Assembly: GCA_051294375.1 (NCBI GenBank)
Contig: JBJCIZ010000291.1
Span: 1 to 17,016, forward strand
Length of the DNA: 17,016 nt
Direction: 5' to 3'
DNA from: Paraspadella gotoi
Lineage: Eukaryota > Animalia > Chaetognatha
Under the pieces are notes generated by a model that ran no database searches, was not told where the DNA came from, and saw only the letters and a program-made list of their open reading frames with translations. Every line of letters begins with the position of its first letter. Positions within the stretch are counted from its first letter, which is position 1. A program made the position numbers and the translations under genes. Positions 11,690 to 17,016 of this stretch are shown one piece after another.

Positions 11690-12964
11690 NNNNNNNNNNN
11701 NNNNNNNNNNNNNNNNNNNNNNNNNNNNNNNNNNNNNNNNNNNNNNNNNNNNNNNNNNNNNNNNNNNNNNNNNNNNNNNNNNNNNNNNNNNNNNNNNNNN
11801 NNNNNNNNNNNNNNNNNNNNNNNNNNNNNNNNNNNNNNNNNNNNNNNNNNNNNNNNNNNNNNNNNNNNNNNNNNNNNNNNNNNNNNNNNNNNNNNNNNNN
11901 NNNNNNNNNNNNNNNNNNNNNNNNNNNNNNNNNNNNNNNNNNNNNNNNNNNNNNNNNNNNNNNNNNNNNNNNNNNNNNNNNNNNNNNNNNNNNNNNNNNN
12001 NNNNNNNNNNNNNNNNNNNNNNNNNNNNNNNNNNNNNNNNNNNNNNNNNNNNNNNNNNNNNNNNNNNNNNNNNNNNNNNNNNNNNNNNNNNNNNNNNNNN
12101 NNNNNNNNNNNNNNNNNNNNNNNNNNNNNNNNNNNNNNNNNNNNNNNNNNNNNNNNNNNNNNNNNNNNNNNNNNNNNNNNNNNNNNNNNNNNNNNNNNNN
12201 NNNNNNNNNNNNNNNNNNNNNNNNNNNNNNNNNNNNNNNNNNNNNNNNNNNNNNNNNNNNNNNNNNNNNNNNNNNNNNNNNNNNNNNNNNNNNNNNNNNN
12301 NNNNNNNNNNNNNNNNNNNNNNNNNNNNNNNNNNNNNNTCTCTATCTGCCACCGATGGTGCGGCTTTTGAGTTGGCAGCCAAACCGAATCGATATCTTCG
12401 TCACAAGATTTCTCTTCGTGCGAGATTCGCTGGAGAGAAAAACCCCTGTAGCGATTCGTGGGTAAAAACCCTGTGGCGCGTTTTGCCTTTAGCGGCGCGC
12501 TTTGTTGGTGAAACGCTGTAGCGCGTTGTTGTTTCCGTTGTCACAATCACAACATAAATCAATTGCGACTTCTTAATTCGGATAAGATTGCAAATTTTCT
12601 TTTCATTTCCTTGCGTCTAAATTTTTTAATCGAATCTTAAATAATGATCGGAATTAAAAGGATAAAGCCACAACTGATTCTAGTTTGAATGATAAGATAG
12701 ATAATAGAGGATCAAACCATATTGAGTCAACTTTGTTGCGTCCACGGGACCAAAATATGTCCACATTGAAACTAGAAGGTCAAATTGGAAGTTTTCTTTG
12801 CTTTTTCTGGACTAAGGATCAAAGGCGCTTGGGACATAATTTTTAAGGGCCGCATTTAAGGCGCCTTCCATTCGTCTGGCCACGCCCCCTTCCGGCTTTC
12901 TCCGGCGCCGCTTTTACTACCACAAACCCCCTTGTCCCCAGAGCCGCAGTTCCCACTCACACCG

Positions 12965-13078
12965 GCGCCGCAATTCGCCCGCCCCCTCTGACATTTCCCC
13001 AGCGCCGCAATTCGCCCGCCCCCTCCGACATTTCCCCAGCGCCGCAATTCGCCCGGCCCCTCTCACATCTCCCCGGCG
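12965..13078 (+). repeat. GC-rich 37-bp minisatellite x3 (gcgccgcaattcgcccgccccctctgacatttcccca)
   Basis: Copies start at 12965, 13002 and 13039; the third is more diverged. Confidence 0.92.
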
Positions 13079-14154
13079 CGGCGTGTCTTCGGCGCGGCGC
13101 TGGGTTGTTTTTCTCCTCCGCTCCGAGACTCGCAACTTCGACAACATAAATCTCTCTCGAGACTCGAAGAGGTTTTGATGTTCTCGTGTTTTCGCTTTTG
13201 TTTTACAGCTTCTTCCATTTTCCTTCTCNNNNNNNNNNNNNNNNNNNNNNNNNNNNNNNNNNNNNNNNNNNNNNNNNNNNNNNNNNNNNNNNNNNNNNNN
13301 NNNNNNNNNNNNNNNNNNNNNNNNNNNNNNNNNNNNNNNNNNNNNNNNNNNNNNNNNNNNNNNNNNNNNNNNNNNNNNNNNNNNNNNNNNNNNNNNNNNN
13401 NNNNNNNNNNNNNNNNNNNNNNNNNNNNNNNNNNNNNNNNNNNNNNNNNNNNNNNNNNNNNNNNNNNNNNNNNNNNNNNNNNNNNNNNNNNNNNNNNNNN
13501 NNNNNNNNNNNNNNNNNNNNNNNNNNNNNNNNNNNNNNNNNNNNNNNNNNNNNNNNNNNNNNNNNNNNNNNNNNNNNNNNNNNNNNNNNNNNNNNNNNNN
13601 NNNNNNNNNNNNNNNNNNNNNNNNNNNNNNNNNNNNNNNNNNNNNNNNNNNNNNNNNNNNNNNNNNNNNNNNNNNNNNNNNNNNNNNNNNNNNNNNNNNN
13701 NNNNNNNNNNNNNNNNNNNNNNNNNNNNNNNNNNNNNNNNNNNNNNNNNNNNNNNNNNNNNNNNNNNNNNNNNNNNNNNNNNNNNNNNNNNNNNNNNNNN
13801 NNNNNNNNNNNNNNNNNNNNNNNNNNNNNNNNNNNNNNNNNNNNNNNNNNNNNNNNNNNNNNNNNNNNNNNNNNNNNNNNNNNNNNNNNNNNNNNNNNNN
13901 NNNNNNNNNNNNNNNNNNNNNNNNNNNNNNNNNNNNNNNNNNNNNNNNNNNNNNNNNNNNNNNNNNNNNNNNNNNNNNNNNNNNNNNNNNNNNNNNNNNN
14001 NNNNNNNNNNNNNNNNNNNNNNNNNNNNNNNNNNNNNNNNNNNNNNNNNNNNNNNNNNNNNNNNNNNNNNNNNNNNNNNNNNNNNNNNNNNNNNNNNNNN
14101 NNNNNNNNNNNNNNNNNNNNNNNNNNNNNNNNNNNNNNNNNNNNNNNNNNNNNN

Positions 14155-14505
14155 TTTTTCTTCGTGTCTCCTTCCCCCTCTTTCCTTTTTTCTTTTTCTT
14201 CTTCCTCTCCTTTCTCCACTTATTTCTTTCTTTCTTCTTTCCTCTTTTTCTTCTAACTTTCCTTCTTTTTTCTCTACTTTCGTTTACCCTTCGTCTCCTT
14301 CCTCCCTTTCTTTTTCTTTTTCTTCTACTTCTCCTTCTCTTTCTCCTTTTTTCTTTATTTCTTTCTCTTTTTCTTCTTCCCTTTTCCTCAACGTCTCCTT
14401 CCTCTCCTTCTTCTTCTTCTTCTTCTTCTTCTCCTTCTTCCTATTTTTTTACATTCCTCGAAAATAACCTCCTTTTTTTCTTTTCTTTATTTCTTTTCTT
14501 TTCCC
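14155..14505 (+). repeat. Long polypyrimidine low-complexity tract
   Basis: Almost entirely C/T and probably continues through the 926-N gap upstream. Confidence 0.9.
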
Positions 14506-15076
14506 GATTTCCGCAGAATTTTCTCCCAAAATCCGAGAGATTGTTTGTTGCCCCATTGCGCCCTCTTTCGGAGACCCCCATCAAAGCGATCTCGTTCCCC
14601 CACTCCACCCACCGGTGACGCCAACCCGACCCCAGCCTGACCTCTAACGCCACCCTTTGAGGTGGTGATCTAGACCAAGCAGCCGTTGCTACCCTCGCAG
14701 GTGGTGATCAAAAGCAAGCAATCACACCGTAATGCAATAATTATTGACCCTATGTATAAACTCTGCCACACCTTCCTGGCATTTTGCTATACTATCTACC
14801 TATTACCTAGTGCCGTTTGCTCTGCCACTTTACCACCCCGCCTCAACCTCCCCCTATGATAGCAAATGGTTATGAGCTCCCCCCCTTCGCAACGACCTTC
14901 ACTCCAAGACGGAAGAATTACGCAGGGAGAGGCATGGAAAAGACATGGTGAAGACAAGGAAAAAGCGGGGGAAATGCGAGAGGGTTGTTGGCACTCTATT
15001 CCCAGAGCGCCCCATTTCTATTCCGTTATTTTAAAATATGATTTTAATCTAAATATATTTTTAACCTTAATTTAGA

Positions 15077-15120
15077 GAAAACACTGAAAACACTGAAAAC
15101 ACTGAAAACACTGAAAACAC
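15077..15120 (+). repeat. 9-bp tandem repeat (GAAAACACT) x~5
   Basis: Four perfect units plus 8 bp, ending 14 bp before the palindrome. Confidence 0.95.
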
Positions 15121-15134
15121 GACACTTAACAATC

Positions 15135-15319
15135 AGAAAACAAAGTGTTTTTTTTTTTTTGTTACAAACAACGATTTTTGTATTAGACATAAACAGGACA
15201 TGTTCCGGCTTTAGTGCAAGCCTTCATCAGCGCTTGCACTAAAGCCGAAACATGTCCTCTTTATGTCTAATACAAAAATCGTTGTTTGTAACTAAAATTT
15301 AAAAAAAACTTTGTTTTCT
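15135..15319. mobile_element. Palindromic remnant, probably an inverted Penelope-like pLTR fragment (alternative: MITE)
   Basis: 61-bp arms 15161-15221 and 15232-15292 are reverse complements with 2 mismatches around a 10-nt loop. Pairing extends through T/A tracts to AGAAAACAAAGT / ACTTTGTTTTCT. Contains the hammerhead motif. Confidence 0.6.
15192..15231 (-). ncRNA. Minimal type I hammerhead ribozyme motif (degenerate: GAAA->GGAA, helix I truncated)
   Basis: The minus strand reads g-CTGATGA-A-GGCTT-gcacta-AAGCC-GGAA-C-AT-GT-C-ctgtt: CUGANGA box, 5-bp helix II, GAAA-like box, palindromic helix III ACAUGU and GUC cleavage triplet. The opposite arm (+, 15232-15256) has the intact GAAACATGTC. 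Confidence 0.7.
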
Positions 15320-15408
15320 CTAACTTCAAACCGCAATGAAAAAGAAAGGATTGAATAAAATTTAGTTAAATGGACCGACTGACTTACCGACTTACTCACT
15401 TGACTTAC

Positions 15409-15573
15409 CATTATGAAAAGGCTAAATCAGTCGGTGATGGAGTAAGAGTGATTGTATCCGCCCAAATCGGGGAATAAATCCCCACGGGTCCTTCTCTCTT
15501 GTGGGCGTGGAGAAGTTTGAGCCTCGAAAACGTGAGTTGAGCATCGGTAAAACATTCGCGATGACCCAGAGGT
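15409..15573 (-). CDS. Candidate exon of unknown product, possibly the last coding exon
   Basis: Minus-strand ctcacgcttcAG acceptor and atg|GTAAGT donor enclose 165 bp of complex sequence. The best frame (PLGHRECFTDAQLTFSRLKLLHAHKREGPVGIYSPIWADTITLTPSPTDLAFS) stops 2 nt before the donor, and the other frames also stop. Confidence 0.25.
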
Positions 15574-15588
15574 CTGAAGCGTGAGGAT

Positions 15589-15863
15589 CTCTCTCTCTCT
15601 CTCTCCTCCGTTCATCTCTCTCTCTCTCTCATCTCTCATCTCTCCCCTCTCGTTCTCTCTCTCTCATCTCTCTCTGCGTCTCGTCCCATCTCGCGTCACA
15701 TCTCTTCCTCTCTCTCTCGTCTTTTCTCATCCGTCATCTCCTCTCACTTTCTCCTCCTCTTTATGATCTATCTCTCGTCTCTCTCTCTCTCTGTCTCATG
15801 CTCTTCTCTCTCCGTCTCTCTCTGTCATCTCTCGTCTCTCTCTGATCTGCCCTAGCTCTCTCT
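15589..15863 (+). repeat. Degenerate (CT)n region
   Basis: Direct inspection. Confidence 0.9.
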
Positions 15864-17016
15864 TGCGACGAGGATGGAGTCTCAACTCACCGCATGGGCC
15901 GTGTGCACGGGGTTCTCGGGGTCCGCCGGGTTTCACGTGAAAAGGGTTTTTAGAAAATGTTGAGAGAGAGAGACTCGTTGAACAAGGCAGGGCGTGAATA
16001 CGTGTCCCGATGAGAAAGTTGTGGAGAGAGTCAAGCACTCAGAGCATGAAGTGAGGTCTTACTCGGTAAAAATGTATCAATTTGCTCAATTATCAATTAA
16101 GAATAGAATTGTAAGATATTTCTTGTGACTCAAAACAGCATGCCTGAATCCTGAAAAAAAGCTAAGAACGTAACTGACCTGACCTGAAGCGCTGACCTGA
16201 CGCTCAGCCTCGAAAATATCGCAGATCACCAATTTTCTGTCGCTCTCGTAACTGGAACTTTTCCGTGTCTTCGCTCCTGCATCGCGGCGGTCAAATTTCA
16301 CTCTAGGGTCTCTNNNNNNNNNNNNNNNNNNNNNNNNNNNNNNNNNNNNNNNNNNNNNNNNNNNNNNNNNNNNNNNNNNNNNNNNNNNNNNNNNNNNNNN
16401 NNNNNNNNNNNNNNNNNNNNNNNNNNNNNNNNNNNNNNNNNNNNNNNNNNNNNNNNNNNNNNNNNNNNNNNNNNNNNNNNNNNNNNNNNNNNNNNNNNNN
16501 NNNNNNNNNNNNNNNNNNNNNNNNNNNNNNNNNNNNNNNNNNNNNNNNNNNNNNNNNNNNNNNNNNNNNNNNNNNNNNNNNNNNNNNNNNNNNNNNNNNN
16601 NNNNNNNNNNNNNNNTTTATTAATATAAAAAATTGCAAGATTACTTGTTTTACTATATAAGACCAAAAACTTAAAATTAACATAAAATTATTAGATTTAG
16701 CTATTATATTNNNNNNNNNNNNNNNNNNNNNNNNNNNNNNNNNNNNNNNNNNNNNNNNNNNNNNNNNNNNNNNNNNNNNNNNNNNNNNNNNNNNNNNNNN
16801 NNNNNNNNNNNNNNNNNNNNNNNNNNNNNNNNNNNNNNNNNNNNNNNNNNNNNNNNNNNNNNNNNNNNNNNNNNNNNNNNNNNNNNNNNNNNNNNNNNNN
16901 NNNNNNNCCTCTCTCCCTTGCCATACCCCCTTGCCATTCTTGCCATATCTGCCACTCGGGGAATCTTCCTTCGTCGCCCATCATTCACGATTCTTTCGTC
17001 CCTCTTCTTCTCGACT

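Noticed and set aside
10874-13078. 32-bp and 37-bp repeats of CRISPR-like length
   Set aside because: Head-to-tail copies with no unique spacers, no cas genes and a eukaryotic context.
15588-15612. atctctctc...ctcctccgtt resembling a sequencing hairpin adapter
   Set aside because: Only partial similarity, explained by the surrounding (CT)n repeat.
15890-16305. Two further possible minus-strand exons (donors GTGAGT ~15890, GTCAG ~16195)
   Set aside because: Weak or missing acceptors and unconvincing peptides; cannot be supported without transcript data.

Overview
Eukaryotic genomic DNA, probably an invertebrate animal (inferred from GT-AG splice signals, dense microsatellites and abundant CpG), from a draft assembly with 12 N-gaps (~4 kb, ~23%). 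No complete or nameable gene is present; nearly all track ORFs are translations of microsatellites or N-runs. Supported content: one convincing internal exon (+, 7887-8089) and two weaker minus-strand exon candidates; a ~3.9-kb foldback structure (arms ~2484-3772 and ~5087-6398) that carries an ETS + triple E-box cluster but may be a long-read gap-filling artefact; a ~185-bp near-perfect palindrome (15135-15319) built from a minimal type I hammerhead ribozyme motif of the kind carried by Penelope-like retroelements; and many mini- and microsatellites. The hammerhead hairpin is the most interesting element.
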